From Burkholderiales bacterium (lineage in GTDB: Bacteria > Pseudomonadota > Gammaproteobacteria > Burkholderiales > SG8-39): a stretch of DNA of 64,000 nucleotides. The stretch covers positions 4,311-68,310 of the forward strand of contig JAOAFL010000004.1 in assembly GCA_026416295.1 (NCBI GenBank), read 5' to 3'. Position numbers and translations under genes: made by a program. Under the pieces are notes generated by a model. The model made no database searches, had not been told where the DNA came from, and was given only the letters and a program-made list of their open reading frames with translations. Shown one piece after another: positions 9,654 to 17,951 of this stretch (position 1 is the first letter of the stretch; each line of letters starts with the position of its first letter).

Positions 9654-10399
9654 CTGCGCTGCCCTCTCACGCCCTGCGCCTTTACGCCGAGGTAGAACTC
9701 CTGCACGTCTTCCTTGCGCGCGAGGTTCTCGCAGGTATCTTCCATCACGATGCGGCCGACTTCAAGGATGTAGCCGTAGTGGGCGACCGCGAGCGCCATG
9801 CGCGCGTTCTGCTCGACGAGAAGGATCGTCGTGCCCTGCTCCCGGTTGATGCGCGAGATGATGCCGAAGATCTCGCGCGTAAGCAGCGGCGAGAGCCCGA
9901 GGCTCGGCTCGTCCATCAGCATCAGTTTCGGCCGCGAAAGGAGCGCGCGGCTGATCGCGAGCATCTGCTGCTGGCCGCCCGAGAGCAACCCCGCCTCCTG
10001 CCGGGCGCGCTCCTTCAGCACCGGAAAGTAGCCGTACACCATTTCGAGGTCGCGCGCGACGCCCTCGGGATCGCTTCGCGTGTAGGCGCCCATCCTGAGG
10101 TTTTCTTCCACCGTCAGGAACGGAAACACCTCGCGCCCCTCGGGCACATGGCCGATGCCGCGGCGCACGATCCACGCCGGATCGCGACCGCCGATCTCCT
10201 CCCCCTCGAACCGGATCTGGCCCTTCCTCGGCTCGATGATCCCGGAGATGGTCTTGAGGATCGTGGATTTTCCGGCGCCGTTCGCGCCGAGCACGGCGAC
10301 GATCCTGCCGCGCTCGACCTTGAGGCTCACCCCGCGCAGCGCCTGCACCGGCCCGTAGGCCGCCTCGACGTTGGCGAGTTCCAGGATCGGCGCGCTCAC
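9626..10399 (-). CDS. ABC transporter ATP-binding protein, LivF-like
   Basis: The GTG at 10399 overlaps the upstream stop (GTGA). Walker A is GANGAGKST, the signature is LSGGQQQ and Walker B is LMLMDEPS. Confidence 0.9.
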   Translation of the reverse strand: MSAPILELANVEAAYGPVQALRGVSLKVERGRIVAVLGANGAGKSTILKTISGIIEPRKGQIRFEGEEIGGRDPAWIVRRGIGHVPEGREVFPFLTVEENLRMGAYTRSDPEGVARDLEMVYGYFPVLKERARQEAGLLSGGQQQMLAISRALLSRPKLMLMDEPSLGLSPLLTREIFGIISRINREQGTTILLVEQNARMALAVAHYGYILEVGRIVMEDTCENLARKEDVQEFYLGVKAQGVRGQRRWKRKKQWR

Positions 10400-11157
10400 G
10401 CCGCCCCCAGGTAGGCCTCGACCACCGCAGGGTGCGACTGTACCTCGGCGGGCGTGCCCTCGGCGATCGGCCGGCCTTCGTTCAGCGCAAGCACCCGGTC
10501 CGAGACCCGCGAGACGAGGTTCATGTCGTGCTCGACCATGAGGACCGTGATGCCGAGCTGCTTCTTGATGTCCTCGATCCAGAACGCCATGTCGTCGGTC
10601 TCCTCCGGATTGAGACCGGAGGATGGCTCGTCGAGCAGCAGCAGCCGCGGCTCGGTGGCGAGCGCGCGGCCGAGTTCCACCACCTTGCGAACGCCGTAGG
10701 GCAGCCCCGCCACCAGGCTGTCGCGGTACTTCGCAAGTTCCAGAAAGTCGATCACCCGCTCGACCGCCTCGCGCTGGGCGAGTTCGGCCTCGCGCACCGC
10801 CGGCGTAAAGAGAAGGTCCTGCCAGAAGCGCGTGCGCCGGTGCCGGTGCCGGCCGATGAGCAGGTTCTGCAGCACGGTCGCGTGCTCGAAGAGTTCTATG
10901 TTCTGGAAGGTGCGCGCGATGCCGAGCTCGGCGACCCGGTGCGGGGCGAGCCCGGTGATCTCGCGCCCTTCGAAGACGACGCGCCCGGTATCGGGCGGAT
11001 AGATCAGGCACACCAGGTTGAAGATCGTCGTCTTGCCGGCGCCGTTCGGCCCGATGATGGTGAACACCTCGCCCTTTTTCACCTCGAAGCTCACGCCGTC
11101 CACCGCCACCACGCCGCCGAAGCGGATGCCGAGATTCTCGACGCGAAAGAAGCTCAC
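10396..11157 (-). CDS. ABC transporter ATP-binding protein, LivG-like
   Basis: The GTG at 11157 overlaps the upstream stop. Motifs are GPNGAGKTT, LPYGVRKVVELGRAL and LLLLDEPSSGL. Confidence 0.9.
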   Translation of the reverse strand: MSFFRVENLGIRFGGVVAVDGVSFEVKKGEVFTIIGPNGAGKTTIFNLVCLIYPPDTGRVVFEGREITGLAPHRVAELGIARTFQNIELFEHATVLQNLLIGRHRHRRTRFWQDLLFTPAVREAELAQREAVERVIDFLELAKYRDSLVAGLPYGVRKVVELGRALATEPRLLLLDEPSSGLNPEETDDMAFWIEDIKKQLGITVLMVEHDMNLVSRVSDRVLALNEGRPIAEGTPAEVQSHPAVVEAYLGAA

Positions 11158-12227
11158 CGCAGCCGCTCCGTTTTCGTGTAGGTCCGCTGGCGGCGGAACA
11201 TGCCGCGCCGGTAGAAGGGGAAAAGCTCGAACCAGGTCCGGATCTTGAGCCAGCGCCCGTAGAGCCCCATCGGCTCGAAGATGATCACGAGGATGAGGAC
11301 GATGCCGAAGACGACCGCCTGAAGCCCCGAGGGCGCCATCGTGGGCGGCAGGAAGTCCTTGGCGACCGCGATCGCCTGCGGCAGCACGATGACGAACGCG
11401 GCCCCGAGCACCGCCCCGTGCAGGAACCCCACGCCGCCGAGGATGACGATGGTGATCAGCTCGATCGAGACGAGGAGCGAAAACTGCTCCGGAGAGATGA
11501 ACCCGACCTTGTGAGCGTAGAGCGCGCCGGCGACCCCGGTGAGCGCGGCCGAGAAGGCGAACGAGATCGTCTTGTACATGGCGAGGTTCACGCCCATGCA
11601 CGAGGCCGACACCTCGGAATCGCGGATCGCGACGAACGCCCGGCCGGTGGGCGAGCGAAGCAGGTTGATGCAGGCGAGACAGGCCGCGACCGCGAGCAGA
11701 AGGCAAAGGTAGTAGAACCCGCGGTCCGGCTCCAGTTCGTGGCCGAAGAGCGTGACCGGTGCGACCGGCATGCCGGCGTTGCCGTTCGTGACGCTTTCCC
11801 AGCGCGCGGCGATCTCCTCGACGATCACGTTGAAGGCGAGCGTCGCGATCGCGAGGTAGATGCCCTTCAGCCGCAGCGCCGGAAGGCCCACCACGACGCC
11901 CACGGCGGCGGCGAGCGCCGCCGCCGCCGGAATCGAGACGAATATCGGAACGCCGCGCGCCGCGAGAATCGCCTCGGTGTAGGCGCCGACGGCGAGGAAC
12001 GCCGCATGGCCGAGCGACACCTGCCCGGTGAAGCCGGTGAGCATCATCAGCCCGAAGCCGACGAGCGAATAGATCGCGACGAAGACGAGCTGCGTCATGA
12101 GGTATTCGCCTGCCCAGGCGGGGGCGCTGAAGAGCGCGGCGAGGAGCAGCCCGTACCAGAACACCTGCCCGCCGTGCTGGAAGAGCCGCAGGTCTTGCGC
12201 GTAGCTCGTCTTGAAGATGAAGCGCAA
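11154..12227 (-). CDS. branched-chain amino acid-type ABC permease, LivM-like
   Basis: 357-aa polytopic membrane protein with the motif TGFTGQVSLGHAAFLAVGAY. Confidence 0.9.
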   Translation of the reverse strand: MRFIFKTSYAQDLRLFQHGGQVFWYGLLLAALFSAPAWAGEYLMTQLVFVAIYSLVGFGLMMLTGFTGQVSLGHAAFLAVGAYTEAILAARGVPIFVSIPAAAALAAAVGVVVGLPALRLKGIYLAIATLAFNVIVEEIAARWESVTNGNAGMPVAPVTLFGHELEPDRGFYYLCLLLAVAACLACINLLRSPTGRAFVAIRDSEVSASCMGVNLAMYKTISFAFSAALTGVAGALYAHKVGFISPEQFSLLVSIELITIVILGGVGFLHGAVLGAAFVIVLPQAIAVAKDFLPPTMAPSGLQAVVFGIVLILVIIFEPMGLYGRWLKIRTWFELFPFYRRGMFRRQRTYTKTERLR

Positions 12228-12239
12228 GGCAGTGCCGTC

Positions 12240-13118
12240 CTAGACTTTCTTTCGCATCGTCTCGCCGAAGAGGCCCGAGGGACGAAGCATCAGGACGAGC
12301 AGCACGACCACGTAGGCGGCCACGTCCTTGAAGCCCTCGGGCAGGTAGTAACCGGCGAGCGCTTCGACCACGCCGATGATGAGGCCGCCGACGATCGCGC
12401 CCGGCACGCTGCCGAAACCGCCGACCACCGCCGCCGGAAACGCCTTGAGGCCGATAAAGCCCATGTTCGAGTGAACGAAGGTCACCGGCGCAAGGAGGAT
12501 GCCGGCGAAAGCCGCGACCGCGGCCGACAGCCCCCAGATCATCATGTTGACGCGGCGCACCGGAATGCCCATGTAGTAGGCGGCGAGCTGGTTCTGCGAG
12601 GTGGCCTGCATCGCGATGCCGATGCGCGTGAAGCGGAAAAAGACGTAGAGCACGGCGCACAGCGCCGCGGTCATCGCGATCACCGCAAGCTGCTGCACCG
12701 GCAGCACCACGCCGCCCGCGGTCCACACCGCCTCGGCGAACGGCGTCGGGATCTGGTAGGTCTCGGTGCCCCAGCCGGGGACCATCGTCACGATGCCCCG
12801 CATCACGTAGCCGACGCCGATCGTGATCATCACGACGGTGAACGCCGGATGCCCGAGCACCGGCCGGATGACGATGCGCTCGACCGTCATGCCGACCACC
12901 GCCATCACCGCGGCGGCGAAGACGATCGTCGCCCAGTACGGCCACCCGAACACCGTGCTCGAGGTGAGCGCGAAGAACGCGCCCAGCATCATCAGGTCGC
13001 CCTGCGCGAAATTGACCGTCTCGGTCGCCTTGTAGATGAGCACGAACCCGAGCGCGACGAGCGCATAGACGCAGCCCGTCGAGATTCCGGCGACCAGCAG
13101 TTGCGCAAGATCGGTCAC
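12240..13118 (-). CDS. branched-chain amino acid-type ABC permease, LivH-like
   Basis: 292 aa with a GTG start preceded by GGGAGGGG. Motifs are YKATETVNFAQGDLMMLGAF. Confidence 0.9.
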   Translation of the reverse strand: MTDLAQLLVAGISTGCVYALVALGFVLIYKATETVNFAQGDLMMLGAFFALTSSTVFGWPYWATIVFAAAVMAVVGMTVERIVIRPVLGHPAFTVVMITIGVGYVMRGIVTMVPGWGTETYQIPTPFAEAVWTAGGVVLPVQQLAVIAMTAALCAVLYVFFRFTRIGIAMQATSQNQLAAYYMGIPVRRVNMMIWGLSAAVAAFAGILLAPVTFVHSNMGFIGLKAFPAAVVGGFGSVPGAIVGGLIIGVVEALAGYYLPEGFKDVAAYVVVLLVLMLRPSGLFGETMRKKV

Positions 13119-13136
13119 TGCCCCTCCCGGCGGCGG

Positions 13137-13142
13137 ATTCTA
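13137..13142 (-). promoter_or_regulatory. candidate -10 box TAGAAT for the LIV-type ABC operon
   Basis: The minus strand reads ccggTAGAATccgccgccgGGAGGGGcaGTG. Confidence 0.45.
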
Positions 13143-13191
13143 CCGGCGAAATGCGGCACTCCTTCCGATTGCGCCGCGCGCCGCGCGCGCC

Positions 13192-13197
13192 TACAGT
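13192..13197 (+). promoter_or_regulatory. candidate -10 box TACAGT, 8 nt upstream of the ATG at 13206 (possible leaderless transcript)
   Basis: cgccTACAGTagcgggcgATG, in the 87-bp divergent intergenic region. Confidence 0.35.
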
Positions 13198-13205
13198 AGC
13201 GGGCG

Positions 13206-14579
13206 ATGAAATCGGTTCGCATCGGCGCAGGGCTCGGCTTCTACGGGGACTCGTGGCTCCCCGTGCGCGCCTCGATCGAACGCGGCGCGGTCCGCTACAT
13301 CGCCTCCGACCACCTTTCCGAGCTTACGCTCGCGATCCTGCAGAAGGACCGCCAGCGCGACCCGGGCGCGGGGTACGCGCGCGACGTGGTACCGATGCTC
13401 GCGGACCTCTGGCCGCTTGCGGCGCGGCACGGCGTGCGGTTCGTGCTCAATGCCGGCGGCCTCAACCCTGCGGGCGCGCGCGAGGCGATCGCGCGGCTCT
13501 TTCGCGAGCGCGGCTGGCGCGCGCGGATCGCCACCGTGAGCGGCGACTCGGTGCTCGAGCGGCTCGATCAGCTTCGTGAGGCGGGCGAAACGCTCGCGCA
13601 CATGGACACCGGCGCAGACATCGCAACGGTGCGCGAGCGCATGCTCTTCGCGAACGCCTACCTCGGCGCGCAGCCGATCGCCGAGGCGCTTTCGCGCGGC
13701 GCCGACATCGTGCTCACCGGCCGCGTGGCGGATGCGGCGCTCGCCCTCGGCCCGATCGTGCACGAACTCGGCTGGCGCTGGGACGACTGGGACCGGCTCG
13801 CAGGCGGCCTGACGGTCGGGCACCTGCTCGAGTGCTCCGGTCAGGGCTCGGGCGGTAACTTCGGCTCGGCGCACGCCTGGGCGGAAATCCCAGATTATGT
13901 GCACCTCGGCTATCCGATCGCCGAGGTGTACGAGGACGGCACGGCGGTGATCACCAAAGCGCCCGGCACCGGGGGACGGGTGTCCTTCGACACCGTACGC
14001 CAGCAGCTCCTCTACGAGGTCCACAACCCGCACGCGTACGCCTCGCCCGACGTGGTGCTCGACATGGGAACGCTGCGCCTCGTGGACGAAGGCGGCGATC
14101 GCGTGCGCGTCACGGGCGCCTCGGGCGCGCCGCGTCCAGCGAGCCTCAAGGTGGTCGGCGGCTATCACGACGGCTGGATGGGCTCGGGCATCGTCGGCTT
14201 CGCCTGGCCCGAGGCGTACGCCAAGTGCGAAAAGGCGGCAGAGATCGTCCTTGCGCTTGCGCGCGAGCGCGGCTGGACGTTCGAGGACACCTGCGTCGAG
14301 TACATCGGCTACAACTCGCTGCTCGGGGCGAACGCCGATCCCGCCCAGCGCGAGGCGCTGAACGAATGCTTCGTGCGCATTACGGTACGCACGAAGGATA
14401 AAAAGCTCGCCGACGCCTTCGGCCGGCTTTTCCCGTGGCTCGGGCTGTCCGGGCCGCCCTACATCGGCACGATGAAGGGCGTGCAGCCGGCAAAGGAACT
14501 GCTCGGCATCTGGCCGACGCTCGTTCGCCGGGAACTCGTCGAGTCGAAGCTGGAGATCGCGCTGGAGGAGGTCGGATGA
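13206..14579 (+). CDS. AtuA-like (DUF1446) acyclic terpene utilisation family protein
   Basis: 457 aa. The N-terminus MKSVRIGAGLGFYGDSW...YIASDHLSELTLAILQKDRQRDPGAGY...NAGGLNPAGA matches my memory of the DUF1446/AtuA family. Confidence 0.75.
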   Translation: MKSVRIGAGLGFYGDSWLPVRASIERGAVRYIASDHLSELTLAILQKDRQRDPGAGYARDVVPMLADLWPLAARHGVRFVLNAGGLNPAGAREAIARLFRERGWRARIATVSGDSVLERLDQLREAGETLAHMDTGADIATVRERMLFANAYLGAQPIAEALSRGADIVLTGRVADAALALGPIVHELGWRWDDWDRLAGGLTVGHLLECSGQGSGGNFGSAHAWAEIPDYVHLGYPIAEVYEDGTAVITKAPGTGGRVSFDTVRQQLLYEVHNPHAYASPDVVLDMGTLRLVDEGGDRVRVTGASGAPRPASLKVVGGYHDGWMGSGIVGFAWPEAYAKCEKAAEIVLALARERGWTFEDTCVEYIGYNSLLGANADPAQREALNECFVRITVRTKDKKLADAFGRLFPWLGLSGPPYIGTMKGVQPAKELLGIWPTLVRRELVESKLEIALEEVG

Positions 14580-14926
14580 AGGCGAGGCTCGCCGAGATCG
14601 CGCACGCGCGCTCGGGCGACAAGGCCGACCGCGCCGACATCGGGCTTTTCGCGCGCGATCCCGAGACCTACGCGGTGCTCAAGCGCGAGGTGACGCCCGA
14701 GCGGCTCGCGCGCCACTTCGCGGTGATCGCCTCCGGTCCGGTCGAGATCTGGCCGCTCGACAACCTCCTTGCGCTGAAGATCGTCCTGAACGGCGCGCTC
14801 CAAGGGGGCGCGGCGCGCAGCCTCAGGATGGACAACCTCGGTAAAAGCATCGCCGCCCAGCTCCTTCGCATGGAGATCGAGGTGCCGGAAACCCTTCTCG
14901 CCGCGCAACGCCGGCGCCGCGCCTGA
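14576..14926 (+). CDS. small partner protein of the AtuA-like gene (DUF4387-like), translationally coupled
   Basis: The ATG at 14576 overlaps the upstream TGA (ATGA). The 116-aa product is MKARLAEIAHARSGDKADRADIGLFARD...SLRMDNLGKS. Confidence 0.6.
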   Translation: MKARLAEIAHARSGDKADRADIGLFARDPETYAVLKREVTPERLARHFAVIASGPVEIWPLDNLLALKIVLNGALQGGAARSLRMDNLGKSIAAQLLRMEIEVPETLLAAQRRRRA

Positions 14927-14939
14927 GCGCGGACGGCGC

Positions 14940-15923
14940 ATGAAGCTCGCCACGCTCAAGGACGGCACGCGCGACGGCACGCTCGCGGTCGTCTCGCGCG
15001 ATCTCGCGCGTGCGGTCAAGGCCGATGCGATCGCGCCGACGCTTCAGGCCGCGCTCGACGACTGGGACTACTGCGCGCCGCTTCTCGCCGAGCTGGCCGC
15101 TGCCCTCGAGGCCGGCCGCGCGCCGCACGCGTTCGATTTCGACCCGGCGCAGTGCATGGCGCCGCTTCCGCGCGCGCCGGGGCTCGCGGACGGTTCCGCG
15201 TATCTCGCGCACGCCGAGCTGATTTTCGCCGCGCGCGGTCGCGAGCCGCCGCCCTCGCTGCGGCGCGAGCCGCTGATGTACCAGGGCTGCTCGGCGCCGC
15301 TTCTCGGGCCCTGCGACCCGATCCCGCTCGCAGACGAAGCGCTCGGTGCGGATCTGGAAGCCGAAATCGCGGTGATCACCGGCGATGTGCCGGCGGGCGC
15401 CGACCGCGAGGCTGCGGCGGCGGCGATCCGGCTTTTCGTGCTGATGAACGACATCAGCCTGCGCGAGCTGACTGACGCCGACCTCGCCTCGGGGTTCGGC
15501 TTTTTTCACTCGAAGCCCCCGTCGTCGTTTTCGCCGGTCGCGGTGACGCCCGAAGAGTTCGGCGAGGCGTGGGACGGTCGCCGGGTGCACGGCGCGCTGC
15601 GCATCACGGTGAACGACGAACTGCTCGGTGAGCCGGACGCCGGCAAGGACATGCACTTCGACTTTCCGCGCCTCGTCGCGCACGCGGCGCGGACGCGGCC
15701 GCTTCCCGCGGGGATGATCGTCGGCTCGGGCACCGTCTCAAACCGCGACCGGCGCCGCGGCGCGGGCTGTTTGCTCGAGCGGCGCGCCGCGGAGATCCTC
15801 GCGAACGGCGAAGCGCGTACCCCTTACCTGCGGTTCGGCGACCGCGTGCGTATCGAGCTGCGGGACGCCGCCGGCCGCTCGGTGTTCGGCGCGATCGATC
15901 AGGCGGTCGCGCGCAGCGCGTGA
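14940..15923 (+). CDS. fumarylacetoacetate hydrolase (FAH) family protein
   Basis: 327 aa. It has the N-terminus MKLATLKDGTRDGTLAVVSRDL and the FAH core (EAEIAVITG, LMNDISLRE, GTVSN). Confidence 0.85.
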   Translation: MKLATLKDGTRDGTLAVVSRDLARAVKADAIAPTLQAALDDWDYCAPLLAELAAALEAGRAPHAFDFDPAQCMAPLPRAPGLADGSAYLAHAELIFAARGREPPPSLRREPLMYQGCSAPLLGPCDPIPLADEALGADLEAEIAVITGDVPAGADREAAAAAIRLFVLMNDISLRELTDADLASGFGFFHSKPPSSFSPVAVTPEEFGEAWDGRRVHGALRITVNDELLGEPDAGKDMHFDFPRLVAHAARTRPLPAGMIVGSGTVSNRDRRRGAGCLLERRAAEILANGEARTPYLRFGDRVRIELRDAAGRSVFGAIDQAVARSA

Positions 15924-16411
15924 CGCCCGGGCGGCTCGATTACGCGATCGCCGCGCTCGCCTGCGCGGGGCTCCTCGCCTTCGGCTACTACCTGCAGTAC
16001 TTCGAGGACCAGGTGCCGTGCCCCCTTTGCCTGGTGCAGCGGGGGTTCTACGTCCTCGTGCTGCTCGTCTTCGGGGCTGCGGCGCTGCATGCGCCCGGCC
16101 GCGCCGGCGCGCTCGCCTACAGTCTCGTCGGGGCGGCGCTTGCCGCCGGCGGCGCCGCGGTCGCCGCGCGTCAGGTGTGGCTGCAGCACCTGCCTCCGGA
16201 GCACGTGCCGCCCTGCGGCCCGGACCTCTACTACATGCTCGAGAACCTGCCGCTCGCGCGCGTCCTGGAGAAGCTCTTCGCCGGCTCCGGCCAGTGCGCC
16301 GAAGTGCACTGGCGGTTCCTCGGCCTTTCGATCGCGGAGTGGTCGCTCGCCTGTTTCGTGCTGCTTGCGCTCTACGCGCTGTGGCTCGCCTGGCGGGCGC
16401 GCAGCGCCTGA
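15920..16411 (+). CDS. dsbB: disulfide bond formation protein B
   Basis: 163 aa with 4 TM helices, the CPLC motif (VPCPLCLVQR) and a second Cys pair (PPCGPD...GQC). The GTG start overlaps the FAH stop (GTGA). Confidence 0.9.
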   Translation: MTPGRLDYAIAALACAGLLAFGYYLQYFEDQVPCPLCLVQRGFYVLVLLVFGAAALHAPGRAGALAYSLVGAALAAGGAAVAARQVWLQHLPPEHVPPCGPDLYYMLENLPLARVLEKLFAGSGQCAEVHWRFLGLSIAEWSLACFVLLALYALWLAWRARSA

Positions 16412-16421
16412 GCCGATCTCG

Positions 16422-16796
16422 TCAACGCGGAGCGCAGCGTGCGATCGCCTCCGCGATCGCGGCGAGCACCTGCGGCTGCTCGCCGATCGGCGGGTCCACC
16501 GCGATGTGCAGGTCCGGCAAGCGCGCCTCGAGGTCGCACACCGCCTGCGGCAGGTCGGTGCGCAGGTGCCCGCCGGCGCCGATGAAGACGGGCACGATGC
16601 GCAGGCGCCGCACGCCTTCGGCATAAAGCGCCCGCGCGCATTCGGCGAGCGAGGGCGACATGCGCTCGAGGAACGCGAGCGCGACGCGCTCTCCCGGAAG
16701 CCGCGTCTCCAGTTCCGCCTTCAGCAGGCGAAGCGGCTCTGCCCAGCGCGGATCGCTTGCGCCGTGGGCGAAGAGGACGATCGCGCGCTCGGGCAT
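16422..16796 (-). CDS. cbiX: CbiX-type (small) sirohydrochlorin chelatase
   Basis: 124 aa reading MPERAIVLFAHGASDPRW...VPVFIGAGGHLRTDLP. This is the C-terminal part of ORF 16422-17093. Confidence 0.8.
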   Translation of the reverse strand: MPERAIVLFAHGASDPRWAEPLRLLKAELETRLPGERVALAFLERMSPSLAECARALYAEGVRRLRIVPVFIGAGGHLRTDLPQAVCDLEARLPDLHIAVDPPIGEQPQVLAAIAEAIARCAPR

Positions 16797-17527
16797 GGCT
16801 CGATTATCGGCGAGCAGACCGCCGGGCGCGCGGCTTCGCCGACCAGGATCAGCGCCGGCCCGCCCTGTAGCGGGGCGGCAAGCTGCGGCAGCGCGACGAG
16901 CGTCCCGCGCAGGCAGCGCGCGCCCGCGAGCGAGGCGTTCTCGACGATCGCGACCGGCGTCTCGGCCGGCCTGCCCGCCGCGATCAGCTCTCGCGCGATG
17001 CGCGCCGCCTCGCCGGCGCCCATGTAGATCGCGACGCTGTCGGCGAGGGAGGCGGCCGCCGCCCAGTCGTCCGAGCGGCCGTCGCCCGCGCAACGCGGGG
17101 TGACGAAGAGGACGCTGCGCGCCCGGTTGCGGCGCGTAAGCGGCGCAGCGAGCTCGGCGGCGGCGGCGAGCGCGGCGGTGACGCCGGGCACCACCTCGAC
17201 GCGGATTCCGCGCCCGACGAGGTATTCGATTTCCTCGGCCGCTCGACCGAAGAGCATCGGATCGCCGCCCTTCAGGCGCACCACGACCGCGTGCCGGCGC
17301 GCGGCCTCGGCGAGCCGGCGGTGAACGAAGCGCTGCGCGCTCGCGTGCGCGCCGCAGCGGCCGCCGACCGGCACGAGCCGCGCGCGCGCCGCGAGCGCAA
17401 GCGTCGCCGGCGGCACGAGCGCGTCGTGAAACACGATGTCGGCCTGCGCGAGCAGCCGCGCGGCGCGCACCGTGAGGAGGTCGGGCGCGCCAGGGCCGGC
17501 GCCGACGAGATAGACCGTGCCGCTCAC
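16721..17527 (-). CDS. cobA: uroporphyrinogen-III C-methyltransferase (SUMT)
   Basis: GTG start at 17527. Motifs are VYLVGAGPGAPDLLTVRA, VVRLKGGDPMLFGRAAEE and PVAIVENAS. In-frame translation runs 76 nt into cbiX. Confidence 0.85.
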   Translation of the reverse strand: MSGTVYLVGAGPGAPDLLTVRAARLLAQADIVFHDALVPPATLALAARARLVPVGGRCGAHASAQRFVHRRLAEAARRHAVVVRLKGGDPMLFGRAAEEIEYLVGRGIRVEVVPGVTAALAAAAELAAPLTRRNRARSVLFVTPRCAGDGRSDDWAAAASLADSVAIYMGAGEAARIARELIAAGRPAETPVAIVENASLAGARCLRGTLVALPQLAAPLQGGPALILVGEAARPAVCSPIIEPCPSARSSSSPTAQAIRAGQSRFAC

Positions 17528-17567
17528 GTGCGCCTTGCGCAGCCCGGCCCGCGCGCGCCGGCGCCCG

Positions 17568-17951
17568 TCACGACGCGCGCGCCGCGCGCGCGCGAACGGC
17601 CCGCACCGCGGCGTAGAGCGCCTCCGAGACGGCCAGCGCGGCGAGCGCTTCCTGCGGGTCTTCGCCCTCGCGCAGCTCGAAGGCGTCGAACCCGCACTGG
17701 CGCAGGGCCGCGAGGTGATCGGCCGCGACCTCGCCCACCGCGCGCAGCTCGCCCGCGTAGCCGCAGCGCTCGCGCACCATCCGCCCGATCGAGTAGCCGC
17801 GGCCGTCGTTGTAGGCCGCAAAGCGTACCGCGACCACGCGCGCCGTCCGCAGCCGCGCGGCGAGGGCGCTCGGCTCGTCCTGCGGCTCGAGGACGACGTC
17901 AGGCGGCGGCGGATCGGGGACGATGCGCCCGTTCTTGATCACGATCCCCAT
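17568..17951 (-). CDS. DUF934 protein (sulfite-reductase-associated)
   Basis: 127 aa reading MGIVIKNGRIVPD...FAAYNDGRGYSIGRMVRERCGYAGELRAVGEV. It sits at the conserved position downstream of cysI. Confidence 0.75.
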   Translation of the reverse strand: MGIVIKNGRIVPDPPPPDVVLEPQDEPSALAARLRTARVVAVRFAAYNDGRGYSIGRMVRERCGYAGELRAVGEVAADHLAALRQCGFDAFELREGEDPQEALAALAVSEALYAAVRAVRARAARAS

